64,000 bases of DNA from NCBI GenBank assembly GCA_965222615.1, contig CBDCUI010000009.1, positions 96,001 through 160,000 on the forward strand. Reading direction: 5' to 3'. Origin of the DNA: Gammaproteobacteria bacterium. Its GTDB lineage: Bacteria; Pseudomonadota; Gammaproteobacteria; UBA4575. The translations under genes were made by a program, and so were the position numbers. Shown piece after piece: positions 29,077 to 39,014 of the stretch (position 1 is the stretch's first letter; every line of letters begins with the position of its first letter). A model generated the notes under the pieces. That model had not been told where the DNA came from and made no database searches. It worked only from the letters and a program-made list of their open reading frames with translations.

Positions 29077-29955
29077 TTAATATCTTCCTATTTGTTGAGT
29101 TCCCCTAATCTCGACCCATGCAGGAGATCGTGGCACTACCGTTTTTTGTACACCTAAAAGTTCTTTGGCACCAAGTTTGTTTTCGTCATATTGCTGTTCC
29201 TGTTCAGAAGGCCATGCTGAACGCAGAGTAAGTGATATGGATCCAATTTCTTGTGCTAGGTTTAGTGGCAAGATTTGGTCATTACTCACGGCTAAGGTAG
29301 CGGTAGTAATTGCTTCAGAATCGAGACCAGGATTTTCCGGTAATGTGCTAAATACATTTCCTGGGCCACCAGAAGAAACTGGTTGAATTGAAGCAGCACG
29401 GCTTCGATGTGAACGTTGGTCAACAGCGAGTACCAATACGTTTTCCAGCACCACTTTTGTCATAACTTCAGTATCAATACTGGACTGACCGCTGGTGTTT
29501 ACGCCAACATCTCCTACTTCAACGGTGACCAACACATCCACAAAATCACCAGGCTGTACCAGTCCTGCAATGCCTGTTACGTTATTTACTGCAATACTGA
29601 ACGCTAATTTATCTTTGGGAATTTTGCGTGCCAAACTTGAAGTATCCGATGCGCCTAACATTGAACCTAATAACTGCGTTCCACGTAATACCGGAACCGA
29701 GACAACATGGTTAACTGCATATTTCACATCGGTCAGTGCTTCAGGTTGCACGAACTTTTTTGGAATTTCGATGATTTCTACTAGGCTTTCGTCGAGGCGA
29801 GTTCCCTCAGGGATATCACGTGCAGCGACAACAATTTCTACTGGAGAACTGATATCTAACAATTCGCGCTCACGCTTTTGCACGTGAGAGTAAACTAGAA
29901 ACACAGCGACAATACCTAAAAGTATAGATAGGAGTAATACGCGGGTATTTTGCAT
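29077..29955 (-). CDS. cpaB: Flp pilus assembly protein CpaB/RcpC
   Basis: SAF domain VVAARDIPEG, GLVQPGDFVDVL, LENVLVLAVDQ, ISLTLR. Confidence 0.92.
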   Translation of the reverse strand: MQNTRVLLLSILLGIVAVFLVYSHVQKRERELLDISSPVEIVVAARDIPEGTRLDESLVEIIEIPKKFVQPEALTDVKYAVNHVVSVPVLRGTQLLGSMLGASDTSSLARKIPKDKLAFSIAVNNVTGIAGLVQPGDFVDVLVTVEVGDVGVNTSGQSSIDTEVMTKVVLENVLVLAVDQRSHRSRAASIQPVSSGGPGNVFSTLPENPGLDSEAITTATLAVSNDQILPLNLAQEIGSISLTLRSAWPSEQEQQYDENKLGAKELLGVQKTVVPRSPAWVEIRGTQQIGRY

Positions 29956-30398
29956 TGAAAGAATCCCCTAACTCTTGTTTTTATAGCCCCAAAATAATAA
30001 GCCCAAGTTCATTAGTGTTTTTATGTTGGACTTGTTAATAACTTACATTACATTATTTGCGTAGTTAGTTCCATGTAAGCCGTGATAAGTTTATTTAAGA
30101 TTGATTATTAATCAAAACAGCGATGTATTGTTGGTGTAAAACTGAATTTTGGAAAAATGCTCGTGAAATAAGTTAATTAATTCTTTTTTATGGTTGATTG
30201 CTGGCTATTTTTCGTTAGTTCGGAATCAACTTTAAGTTATCTATCTATAATGTACTCAATAACTATATGGTTTTTAAACCTAATTTGTCTGCAGAATATA
30301 CTAACGAAAATACAACAACTTTATTTATAATCGTATACATATAAAATTTTAATATTAAACTGATAGGTATAATCAGTTCAGGAAGGGGACATTCGTTA

Positions 30399-31322
30399 AT
30401 GAGCAAAGCAAAAACAAGGTTCAATCGCAAACAAACAAATAACAACTCGCGCTATCAACGTGGCTCCTCTACTGTGTTTTTTGGGTTTTTTATGCCAGTT
30501 ATGTTGATGATGATTGTGTTGGTGGCCGATATTGGTCAACTTATCTTTGAGAGGATTCGCCTGCAAGAGGTAGTGGATGCCAGCACATTAGCAGCTGCAA
30601 ATATTCAATCTATTGGCATGAATGAAATCGCAGATTTGAATCGTGATGCTTTATTGGAGTACAACAAATTTGTAAGAATCATGGGCGGTATTATCTGGAA
30701 TGATTCAGGCCAGGCTAATCGAGCCGCACGCTATTATGGACGTGTATTTAACAGCATCCATGGTTATCAAGAAGAGGCAAATAAGTACTTTGCACGTCTT
30801 GCTCAACGCTATGCACAAAACTATGTGCAAAGAAATTTACCAGGTGCAGAATTAACTCCAGTTCAGGGTTCAAGTTTGAATGCACTAGTTAGCTATCAAA
30901 AAGAGCGTCTACCTGTAAATTGGTTGTATTACACGGCTGGTTGTAAGTATTGCTATAATGTTACAAAGATTTGGACCTATCCGGATAGCCCAAGGTTTAT
31001 CGGCCATCATGATGGTCGAAAGTACATTGTCAATGATCGTACTCTTCCCGTACCGGGATTTAAATTGCAGGAAGTCCGCTGGATTAAAGATACTCCACCT
31101 GTAACCTATGCAGCTTATAGCTTGAAACAGCGCCCCAAAGGTTTTCTACTGGGCCGGCGTATTTTTGATGCAATCATACCGGAAATGGTGGCGTATTCTT
31201 CGGCTAAACCTACACGAGGGCATATATTTAATATGGATGCAAGATATCGCCCAATTTTGAAACACCTTCAACGTCATTCGCCAAACCCTGCTGTTCCATC
31301 ACTTAGAAATATGGAGCACTAA
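30399..31322 (+). CDS. TadG-like pseudopilin / tip protein
   Basis: QRGS plus a hydrophobic helix, DIGQL..RIRLQEVVDASTLAAA Tad N-terminal pattern. Confidence 0.75.
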   Translation: MSKAKTRFNRKQTNNNSRYQRGSSTVFFGFFMPVMLMMIVLVADIGQLIFERIRLQEVVDASTLAAANIQSIGMNEIADLNRDALLEYNKFVRIMGGIIWNDSGQANRAARYYGRVFNSIHGYQEEANKYFARLAQRYAQNYVQRNLPGAELTPVQGSSLNALVSYQKERLPVNWLYYTAGCKYCYNVTKIWTYPDSPRFIGHHDGRKYIVNDRTLPVPGFKLQEVRWIKDTPPVTYAAYSLKQRPKGFLLGRRIFDAIIPEMVAYSSAKPTRGHIFNMDARYRPILKHLQRHSPNPAVPSLRNMEH

Positions 31323-31324
31323 AC

Positions 31325-31678
31325 ATGTATAAGATTTCACAGCGTGGTTCTACCTTTGTCGAAATGATGCTCATTCTTCCATTATTTGTAATGGTTTTAT
31401 TGTTTTTTATTTTCAGTTATGACTTAGTCAATGAACAGCTCGAAAAACAAGTAGAAGTTTCTGCTAATTTAAGAGAAGGCCTATGGAACAATGAACCAGG
31501 TTGTTATGCCCAAGTTAAAGCAACTGCAACGGGCGGCAGTGTAATGCCTGATGTAGTCTGGCGGTTTTTCAATCTCAAGCGCTATTATCGAGTGGAGGCT
31601 GAACTACAGTCCCATGGTGGACCCTGTCAGGGCCTGGGGAGAAATAAATACCGCATGTCACACTATCGTCGTTATTGA
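31325..31678 (+). CDS. TadE-like pseudopilin
   Basis: QRG|STFVEMMLILP class III signal. Confidence 0.78.
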   Translation: MYKISQRGSTFVEMMLILPLFVMVLLFFIFSYDLVNEQLEKQVEVSANLREGLWNNEPGCYAQVKATATGGSVMPDVVWRFFNLKRYYRVEAELQSHGGPCQGLGRNKYRMSHYRRY

Positions 31679-31713
31679 ATAGCTTATTAAACATTACTGA
31701 AAAATTATGACAT

Positions 31714-31748
31714 AAAAAAACATGCCTTACTTTTGGTCGTAAGGCATG
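31714..31748 (-). terminator. intrinsic terminator downstream of the flp genes
   Basis: On the minus strand: CATGCCTTAC-8nt-GTAAGGCATG then TTTTTTT. Confidence 0.85.
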
Positions 31749-31790
31749 GTTAGTAATGGATGGAAATATTAATTATAGTTTACTTTTAGC

Positions 31791-32036
31791 TTAGCCCATC
31801 CAATCCGTGATTTTCTGAGCGGCTGCTTCGAAGAAAGCTTCTAATTCATCGCTCATTGCATTTGCTGCAACAATCACAATCGTAACAACAATTGCAAGAA
31901 TTAAGCCGTATTCCACAGCCAAGGCACCCCGTTGACGCTTGCATTGTGCAAACGTTTCTTTTGCTTCAGCAGCTGCAATATTTGATTTTGCATATGACAA
32001 AAGCGCTTTATCACTAAATTTTCTAAAGATATTCAT
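31791..32036 (-). CDS. Flp (type IVc) pilin
   Basis: QRG|ALAVEYGLILAIV Flp motif; GAGGTG RBS. Confidence 0.88.
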   Translation of the reverse strand: MNIFRKFSDKALLSYAKSNIAAAEAKETFAQCKRQRGALAVEYGLILAIVVTIVIVAANAMSDELEAFFEAAAQKITDWMG

Positions 32037-32075
32037 GCTTTATTCACCTCAATTATACTTGTAGTTAATAAAAAT

Positions 32076-32267
32076 TTATGGATAAGACTGTGAAATCCAA
32101 CCAATAAATGCATTAATTACTCCTTTGGATGTATCCAGGAATAATATAAGCGTAGGCAAGAGAATTGCTGCAGCTATTACCATGGCTATCCCAAACTCAA
32201 CCGTAAGACCACCCCATTGTTTTTGTAAGATGTTATGCCTTTGAAATTTAGGTGTAGCCGTATACAT
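32076..32267 (-). CDS. second Flp/TadE-like pilin
   Basis: G|GLTVEFGIAMVI class III signal, 63 aa. Confidence 0.7.
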   Translation of the reverse strand: MYTATPKFQRHNILQKQWGGLTVEFGIAMVIAAAILLPTLILFLDTSKGVINAFIGWISQSYP

Positions 32268-32650
32268 CTCAAAAACTCGCTCCTGAATTTTGTGAATCTG
32301 TATTTAATAGTAATTCACGGCTATTGATTCTCTCACCCATATAACCTTAGTTCAACAATATTTCACTAAGGTTTAACTTAATGAAATTATAATTTGAACG
32401 ATGCTTAATTTAGGTGTAACAAACGAAACAATGAGTTAATAAAAAAGTAAAAAGTTTTTTTTATATAAAACTTAGTGCTTTAGATTCATTTTATAAATTA
32501 ACAATTTAGGTATCTGCATTTTTTTATAGATTTCTATTAACCATGTTTATACTTAAATTCTGCATTTAAGTTGTGGTATCTGGAAATTTTCTATATGCCA
32601 CGGTATCTTGGGTGTTGATATTAAAAGCAACAAAAAACTGGGGGGTTGGC

Positions 32651-33403
32651 ATGCTTTCAAGGTCCGTTTCTAAGTCGCATCACTGGGGGTCATTAGCAAT
32701 TATTTTTAGTGTTTATTTATGTAGTAATGGCGCGTTTGCTAGCACTATTTTTATAGAACAATCTACCTCAGAAATTCGTAAAAGTTTTTTGCAAGAGCAA
32801 AATAATAATTCGTTTCAACATTCACAATATACTAGCAATATAATTTTGTTAGCTGAAGCAGCAGTAGAGCAAGCTACTGTTAAAAACGTAGAAGTTAAAT
32901 CTCCTGAAGTCAAAAACGCAGAAATTCAAAATGCTGAAGTTAAATCTGCAGAAATTCAAAGTGCAGAGGTCAAAAATCCAGAAGTAAAATCTGCCGATGT
33001 AAAAAGCGCGGAAATTAAGAATGCAGAAGTAAAGTCCGTAGAGGTTGAAAGTGCTGAGGTTAAAAATATAGAGGTAAAATCTGCGGAAGTTAAAAATGCG
33101 GAAATTAAGAATGCAGAAGTAAAGTCTGCAGAAGTTAAAGATGTAACTGTAAAAGACGTTGTAATCAAAGCTTCTGAAGTGAAAGCTTCTCAGGTTAAAG
33201 ATGCAACTGTAAAAGATTCAGTAGTGAAAGCATCAGAAATAAAAGCCTCAGAGGTAAAACCTTCTGAAGTAAAAGCCTCAGAAGTCAAGGCGGCAGAAGT
33301 GAAAGAAGCAAAAGTGGATCAAGCCAAAGAGGTAAAAGTGGTAGTCAAGGAAGCTCATGTTAAACCAGCGCCTAATCCTGGGCCGTTTCCGTTTAACCCC
33401 TAA
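32651..33403 (+). CDS. secreted pentapeptide-repeat (AEVKS-type) protein
   Basis: Signal-like N-terminus (start ATG 32651 after GGGGG), 29 in-register pentads, Pro-rich tail. Confidence 0.75.
   Translation: MLSRSVSKSHHWGSLAIIFSVYLCSNGAFASTIFIEQSTSEIRKSFLQEQNNNSFQHSQYTSNIILLAEAAVEQATVKNVEVKSPEVKNAEIQNAEVKSAEIQSAEVKNPEVKSADVKSAEIKNAEVKSVEVESAEVKNIEVKSAEVKNAEIKNAEVKSAEVKDVTVKDVVIKASEVKASQVKDATVKDSVVKASEIKASEVKPSEVKASEVKAAEVKEAKVDQAKEVKVVVKEAHVKPAPNPGPFPFNP
32873..33307 (+). repeat. coding 15-bp tandem repeat, 29 units of x-[ED/T/V]-[VI]-[KQE]-x
   Basis: Runs from ATVKN through AEVKE without a register break; an identical 29-nt block occurs at 33008 and 33098. Confidence 0.9.
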
Positions 33404-33471
33404 TTTTAATTTCTGACACAAAGACATATTTGTTTGCGACCATACTGAATTAACATTAATTAAATTAATAT

Positions 33472-34029
33472 ATGGAAAATTTTATGGATAAAAGCAAAGA
33501 TAATTTAAAATTTCGTACTCATTTTGTTCTGTACACAGTAACTATAGCAGTTTGTACATTGTTGACTTGTGCATGTGTGACCACTCCACAGCAATCTCAA
33601 ATTAAAGAAACTGTAACGACAGTTGATGACGAGTCATTTGAATCCGAGGTTTTGCAAACTAATGGACCTGTAATCGTATTATTTCATGATAATGCCATTG
33701 TTGAATCACAGGATATGCAAAAACGCTTTGATTATTTCAGCGAAAGATATGCAGATGAAATCAAGTTTTTAACATTCAACTGGAATTCGGCAGGAAATAC
33801 AGCACGATACAATTTAAATTCATTACCTAGTACGGTTTTTTACTATAACGGAGATGAAATCGATCGAATTGGTGGAATACCAGAGGATGGTGAACTACTT
33901 CGGGAATGGAATAAAGATATTGATCTTTGGATTTTGAAAACTGTGTTGGGTTTACAAGGTGATGATTATGCGGGTAGGTATGTGTATAAGTTTAATGACA
34001 CCGCAAAGTTACATATAAGTAACTATTAA
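33472..34029 (+). CDS. thioredoxin-fold putative lipoprotein lacking CxxC
   Basis: Lipobox-like LTCAC; DDESFESEVL..PVIVLF and RYNLNSLPST.FYYNG are thioredoxin-like, but no WCxxC. Confidence 0.65.
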   Translation: MENFMDKSKDNLKFRTHFVLYTVTIAVCTLLTCACVTTPQQSQIKETVTTVDDESFESEVLQTNGPVIVLFHDNAIVESQDMQKRFDYFSERYADEIKFLTFNWNSAGNTARYNLNSLPSTVFYYNGDEIDRIGGIPEDGELLREWNKDIDLWILKTVLGLQGDDYAGRYVYKFNDTAKLHISNY

Positions 34030-34043
34030 GATGAGTATTACTA

Positions 34044-35741
34044 ATGGAACCTGCAACTCAGGAACTCAATGCGCGACTGTCACGTGTCGCTAATCGAAGA
34101 AATATCAAAGTACCAGGAAGCGTAACTGCCAATGGTAAATTATTGTCAGACTCATTGCTTGAAAACAAAAATATATCTAGTCAACTTGCAAATGAGTTAC
34201 TAGAAGAAGCAAGTGGTATTCGATCGATAGATCCACAATATATCTCTTTTTCTAAAACCTTTTTAGATCACGTAAGCCAGTTAATTCCAAAAGAAATATC
34301 TCTTGAAGAAAAGGTCTTTCCTATAAAACATGAGGGCAATCATGTGCACTTACTGATGGCAAGTCCGTTAGATGAAACTTTGGTTGCACGCATGGAGGCG
34401 TTAACTGGTTCAAGGATAAAGCGTTATTGTTGTTATAGCTCTGGAATCAAACAGGCAATTGAAACTCACTATCCAAAAGAGGTTTCACAACTGCCAGTAA
34501 ACTCAGAAGAGTTAGTGGAACAGGCTGTTAATGATGCGCAACATATTTTAAACCGACGTGATGGAGGTCTTGAGACATTAGTAAATGTACCGTCTCTTAT
34601 ACGACTATTACGAATGATTTTTTACGAAGCAGTGAGCCTGGGAATAAGTGATATCCACTTTGAAACTCAAAAAGATAATTTCCGCATTAGGGTAAGACAA
34701 GATGGTGTTTTACGAACTGCCTGGAAATTACCATTGGTTTTAAGTCAAGCGCTCATTGCTCGAATCAAACAAATAGCAGGACTCAACATAACTGAAGGTA
34801 AGCCACAAGATGGCCGAATTGATTATCACTTGGTTGACGACCATGAAATAGATATTCGGGTTTCAATTTTACCAGGTGTTTATGGCGACAAAGCCGTATT
34901 GCGTGTGTTAGAAAAGGGTAAAAATCGACTTAGTTTGACTGATTTAAAACTTGATCCGAAAACTGATGCCCAATTTAGAAAAATGCTCGAACGCCCTAAT
35001 GGTTTGGTATTGATTACAGGCCCGACCGGTAGTGGTAAGACCACTACCTTATATGCGTTGTTGGAAGAATTAAATAGTGAAGAAGTAAATATCAGCACAG
35101 CTGAAGATCCGGTGGAATATGAATTAGAAGGAATTACACAAGTTGATTGCACGGAGCAAAGAGGAGTTACTTTTGCTTCAGCATTACGTTCTTTTTTACG
35201 ACAAGATCCAGACATTATTATGGTTGGGGAAATCCGAGATTTAGATACGGGTGATATAGCAGTCAAATCTGCGCTTACAGGGCACCTTGTGCTATCTACG
35301 TTACATACCAACGATGCACCCAGTGCAGTTACACGGTTAGTAAATATCGGGGTTCCCCCATTTTTACTTGCTGCATGTGGTTTGACAGTTGTTGCACAAC
35401 GTCTGGTGCGAAAAATTTGTACAAACTGTAAAAAACCAATGAAACCGGAAGCTGCATTATTGAACAAACTAGGGATAGAGGAAGTTGATGCAAAGTTTTT
35501 TCAAGGCTCTGGATGTGATCGGTGTGCAGGCACGGGCTACAAGGGCCGTGTTGCAATTATGGAATGTTTTAGTGTAAACGAAAAAATTGAAAAACTGATT
35601 GTTGGAGAAAAAGGCACTGGTGATTTAAGACGTGTTGCTATTAAATCAGGTATGACGACGCTACGCAGAGATGGTCTCGAAAAAATTAAACAAGGCTTTA
35701 CAACACCGCAGGAAGTATTGCGAGTAACAACCAATGCATAA
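34044..35741 (+). CDS. PilB/GspE-family secretion ATPase
   Basis: SDIHFE, PQDGRI, GPTGSGKTTTLY, TAEDPVEY, LRQDPDIIMVGEIRD, TGHLVLSTLHTN, tetra-Cys motif. Confidence 0.93.
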   Translation: MEPATQELNARLSRVANRRNIKVPGSVTANGKLLSDSLLENKNISSQLANELLEEASGIRSIDPQYISFSKTFLDHVSQLIPKEISLEEKVFPIKHEGNHVHLLMASPLDETLVARMEALTGSRIKRYCCYSSGIKQAIETHYPKEVSQLPVNSEELVEQAVNDAQHILNRRDGGLETLVNVPSLIRLLRMIFYEAVSLGISDIHFETQKDNFRIRVRQDGVLRTAWKLPLVLSQALIARIKQIAGLNITEGKPQDGRIDYHLVDDHEIDIRVSILPGVYGDKAVLRVLEKGKNRLSLTDLKLDPKTDAQFRKMLERPNGLVLITGPTGSGKTTTLYALLEELNSEEVNISTAEDPVEYELEGITQVDCTEQRGVTFASALRSFLRQDPDIIMVGEIRDLDTGDIAVKSALTGHLVLSTLHTNDAPSAVTRLVNIGVPPFLLAACGLTVVAQRLVRKICTNCKKPMKPEAALLNKLGIEEVDAKFFQGSGCDRCAGTGYKGRVAIMECFSVNEKIEKLIVGEKGTGDLRRVAIKSGMTTLRRDGLEKIKQGFTTPQEVLRVTTNA

Positions 35742-35751
35742 GGGGTAAGAG

Positions 35752-36627
35752 ATGGGTTTGTTTATTGGATTATTGCTATTGTTAGTTGTAATTATTTTGG
35801 TTGGTATTCAGTTTGCCCCGGATCCGCAGTTGCAAGATGCAGGACGCAAAGCAGGTTTTACGTTTGAACGTCAATGGACGGCGGAAACACGTCTATTTAA
35901 AATCTTTACACCCTTTATGCGAATGTTTTCACCACTGGTTTCACTCTGCCCTATGGGTAAATATAGAGAGCGATTAATGCGTTGGTTAACCGCTGCAGGT
36001 TTAGAGTATGAGGTTACACCAAATGATGTAATTGCACTGCAAATCGTTATGGCATTAATCTTTCCAGTTATTGCTAACACTATTTTTGGTGGAATTGTCT
36101 CTATGATTTTTGGATTTATATTTGGTATCGCATTTCCAATTATTTGGGTGCTTGAGAAACGTAGAAACAGGCGTGAAGCAATTTTACGCAGTATGCCAAA
36201 TGTCGTAGATATGCTGGCATTAAGTGTTGAAGCAGGACTAGATTTTAATAGTGCTGCGCAACGTATTATTGAGCGTAGTGATGATGAGAAAGACCCAATG
36301 ATCGATGAACTGAATTTTTACCTGCACAGTACGAAGCTTGGTATGAGTCGACAAGAGGCACTCGAGCAACTTGCACAAAGAATAGATTCCGGCGAAATAT
36401 ATTCATTCTGCTCCGTGCTTATTCAAGCAGACAAAATGGGGGCGAGTATTACAGATACCCTAAAACAACAAGCGCAAAGACTCCGCGATGAGCGTTTTAT
36501 GCGTGCCGAGCGTCACGGTGCTGTGGCAGCACAGAAGCTTTTAGTGCCTATGATGGTTTTTATATTTCCATTGCTATTTATCATCGTATTCGCACCTTAC
36601 ATGCTCAAATTATTTTATGGTCAATAA
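35752..36627 (+). CDS. TadC-like (T2SS F family) platform protein
   Basis: PNVVDMLALSVEAGLDF, LIQADKMGASI, KLLVPMMVFIFP. Confidence 0.9.
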   Translation: MGLFIGLLLLLVVIILVGIQFAPDPQLQDAGRKAGFTFERQWTAETRLFKIFTPFMRMFSPLVSLCPMGKYRERLMRWLTAAGLEYEVTPNDVIALQIVMALIFPVIANTIFGGIVSMIFGFIFGIAFPIIWVLEKRRNRREAILRSMPNVVDMLALSVEAGLDFNSAAQRIIERSDDEKDPMIDELNFYLHSTKLGMSRQEALEQLAQRIDSGEIYSFCSVLIQADKMGASITDTLKQQAQRLRDERFMRAERHGAVAAQKLLVPMMVFIFPLLFIIVFAPYMLKLFYGQ

Positions 36628-36675
36628 AGAAAAGCAAAGTTATATGTAGACCAAGAAACAGGGTGATTAAAACAA

Positions 36676-38097
36676 ATGGCCGACACGTGGAAATTGACTA
36701 TATACCGAGGCGGAGTGAAACACGCGGATACGACGCTTGATTCGGGTAAAGCATATTTGGCTGGCAGAGATCCAAACTGTGATATTGTTTTACCTAGCTC
36801 AATCGTTTCGCGTGAGCATACAAAACTTACAGTAAATGCCGACGGAATAGTCGTTGAAGATAATAATAGCAGCAATGGAACTTATATCGATGGTAAAAGG
36901 ATAGCCAGTCAAAAAGTGAATGGAGTGTCACCGATTGGTGTAGGGGAATATAAGTTAGAGCTTTCATCAAATCAGTCTTTACGCTCAATTTGGCAAGAGC
37001 GTTTGAATTCTTTTCTCAATATATGTGGTAATCATCCATATAAATTTTCTACATTTCTCATACTTGCATTAGTACTTCTCTCGGTTTGGTTTTTACAGGG
37101 GCCATATGAGAATTATGTGCGTGAAATTCAAAATGAAGCTACGACTAATCACGCCATGTTAGTTGCACAATCCGTTCTTGCGTTAAATGAAGATTATTGG
37201 CTTAAGGGAATAATATCAAATTTTAAAGTTACACCACTTGATTCCCAAGAAGGTATAGAAAAAATATACGTAGTGAATCAATACGCAGGGGTGCTTGCTC
37301 CACAGAGCCATGCATACGATGTTTTAGACGATGTTGAGTTAGAACGAGTACTGACGCCACCTGGAAAAGAGGTATTGATATTTGACGATGAAGGAAAAGG
37401 CAAAATATACCTTCCGGTTCGTCGCAATGACACTGTACTAGGTGCAGTCATCGTACATTATGCAGCTCAACAAGGACAAAACTTAATTCCATTTGGCAAA
37501 TATGGGGCTATTATTTTGTTTCTGCTTTTGTTGGCATTACTTCTGGCGTATTTGTTGGTAAATATGTTTTTAAGGCCATGGAGGCAGTTAGCAGATGAAG
37601 CAGATTTGTCTGTTGGCGAAGAAAAAAATTTATTTAAAAGGGAGCCTGGCTATAAAGAATTACAACAGCATAGGGTCTTATATGAACGTTTATTATTAAA
37701 AGCACAAACTAATGGTGATGATACATTACAAACAACACACAATAACGAATGTTCAGCAGATATTGGTAAGGCTAGTGTTGTTAACATGCCGCTGTCGAGA
37801 AAACCTTCAACATCGATGGGCGATTGTTCATGTATTATCGATAGATTGAGTCATCATATCAACAATGGTTCTAGTGAGTTCATGCGGTTGTTTGGATTAG
37901 ATCAGCCTAAAGCAATACATATATTAGATGCTTTTAAAAACCATGAAAGTATTCTAGCTGCGGTTACTAAGTTACTTGAAAATAATGAAGGTGAGCATAC
38001 AGCCACTGTTCACAATCGAATTTTCAATATAAAAACTGAATATGTGGATGACGCTTTATTGAAAATTGTTTTTCAGCGAATAAAACATGCAAGCTAG
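36676..38097 (+). CDS. FHA-domain inner-membrane protein with two TM helices
   Basis: FHA GR...SREH...SSNGTY, then TM, periplasmic domain, TM and a cytoplasmic tail. Confidence 0.85.
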   Translation: MADTWKLTIYRGGVKHADTTLDSGKAYLAGRDPNCDIVLPSSIVSREHTKLTVNADGIVVEDNNSSNGTYIDGKRIASQKVNGVSPIGVGEYKLELSSNQSLRSIWQERLNSFLNICGNHPYKFSTFLILALVLLSVWFLQGPYENYVREIQNEATTNHAMLVAQSVLALNEDYWLKGIISNFKVTPLDSQEGIEKIYVVNQYAGVLAPQSHAYDVLDDVELERVLTPPGKEVLIFDDEGKGKIYLPVRRNDTVLGAVIVHYAAQQGQNLIPFGKYGAIILFLLLLALLLAYLLVNMFLRPWRQLADEADLSVGEEKNLFKREPGYKELQQHRVLYERLLLKAQTNGDDTLQTTHNNECSADIGKASVVNMPLSRKPSTSMGDCSCIIDRLSHHINNGSSEFMRLFGLDQPKAIHILDAFKNHESILAAVTKLLENNEGEHTATVHNRIFNIKTEYVDDALLKIVFQRIKHAS

Positions 38098-39001
38098 ACA
38101 ACAACAAACAACTCAAGTTAAGGAAATGGAAAAAACCAAGAGAGTTGTGCTGAAATTAGTCGGGCCTAATATACAGCAAGATGTTGTATTAGAACCAAAT
38201 AGAAAATATTCAATCGGTCGTGACCCGGAAAATGATATTCATCTAGATGATGATAGAGTATCACGTCATCATGCAGTTTTATTAATGGAAGGTGGCGAAT
38301 GGGTGTTGCATGATCAGAAGAGTGTAAACCAAATATTAACTAGTGATGGTTTGGTTGCAGAATTGAAAGTACATTCAGGAACAAGTTTTCAAATTGGTCC
38401 TGTGCTTTTCACGGCACATAAAGAGGGTGAAATACTTGGTGAGTTAGGTGGACTAACAAGCAAGCTACAAGGGAAAAATCGTCAAGTAATGTTACTTGCG
38501 TCTACACTAGTGGCGATAATTCTATTAGGAATATTGATGTCAGGTAACGAAGAAGAAAAACCTGAAAATATAGAGGACGCAATCGTGAACATACAATCCG
38601 AGGAAATTGTCGATGAACAAATTTTTACTCTACCGGTAGATGGCGCAGCCGCAAAAAAGTCTAAGGAACATTATTATCTTGCGATTCAGCATTACGATAC
38701 ACGAAATCTTGAAAATGCAATTCAAGAATTACAGCTCGCTATAAAAAGTAATCCAAATAATCAATCGGCAAAAAGAAAATTTGCCGAAATTGAACGGGAA
38801 TTGGATTTAGAAATTACCAGGCATTATCAACAAGGTTGTTTTCATGCCAGATTTTTACGTCGATATGAAGCACAACAAGAATTTAGAACAGTCATTCAAA
38901 TGGTTAGAAATAAAACGGATGGCCGATATTTAGAAGCACGCAGAATGCTTGAATTACTTGAAGATAAAGAAATATCAAGCTTAAGTTGTGGGGAATCATA
39001 G
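38087..39001 (+). CDS. FHA + TM + TPR-like protein
   Basis: IGRDPENDI..DDRVSRHHA; single TM; helical C-terminus. Confidence 0.82.
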   Translation: MQARQQQTTQVKEMEKTKRVVLKLVGPNIQQDVVLEPNRKYSIGRDPENDIHLDDDRVSRHHAVLLMEGGEWVLHDQKSVNQILTSDGLVAELKVHSGTSFQIGPVLFTAHKEGEILGELGGLTSKLQGKNRQVMLLASTLVAIILLGILMSGNEEEKPENIEDAIVNIQSEEIVDEQIFTLPVDGAAAKKSKEHYYLAIQHYDTRNLENAIQELQLAIKSNPNNQSAKRKFAEIERELDLEITRHYQQGCFHARFLRRYEAQQEFRTVIQMVRNKTDGRYLEARRMLELLEDKEISSLSCGES

Positions 39002-39014
39002 GGTAGGAACAACA

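Noticed and set aside
32873-33307. CRISPR array
   Set aside because: A 15-bp degenerate coding repeat without unique spacers; no cas genes.
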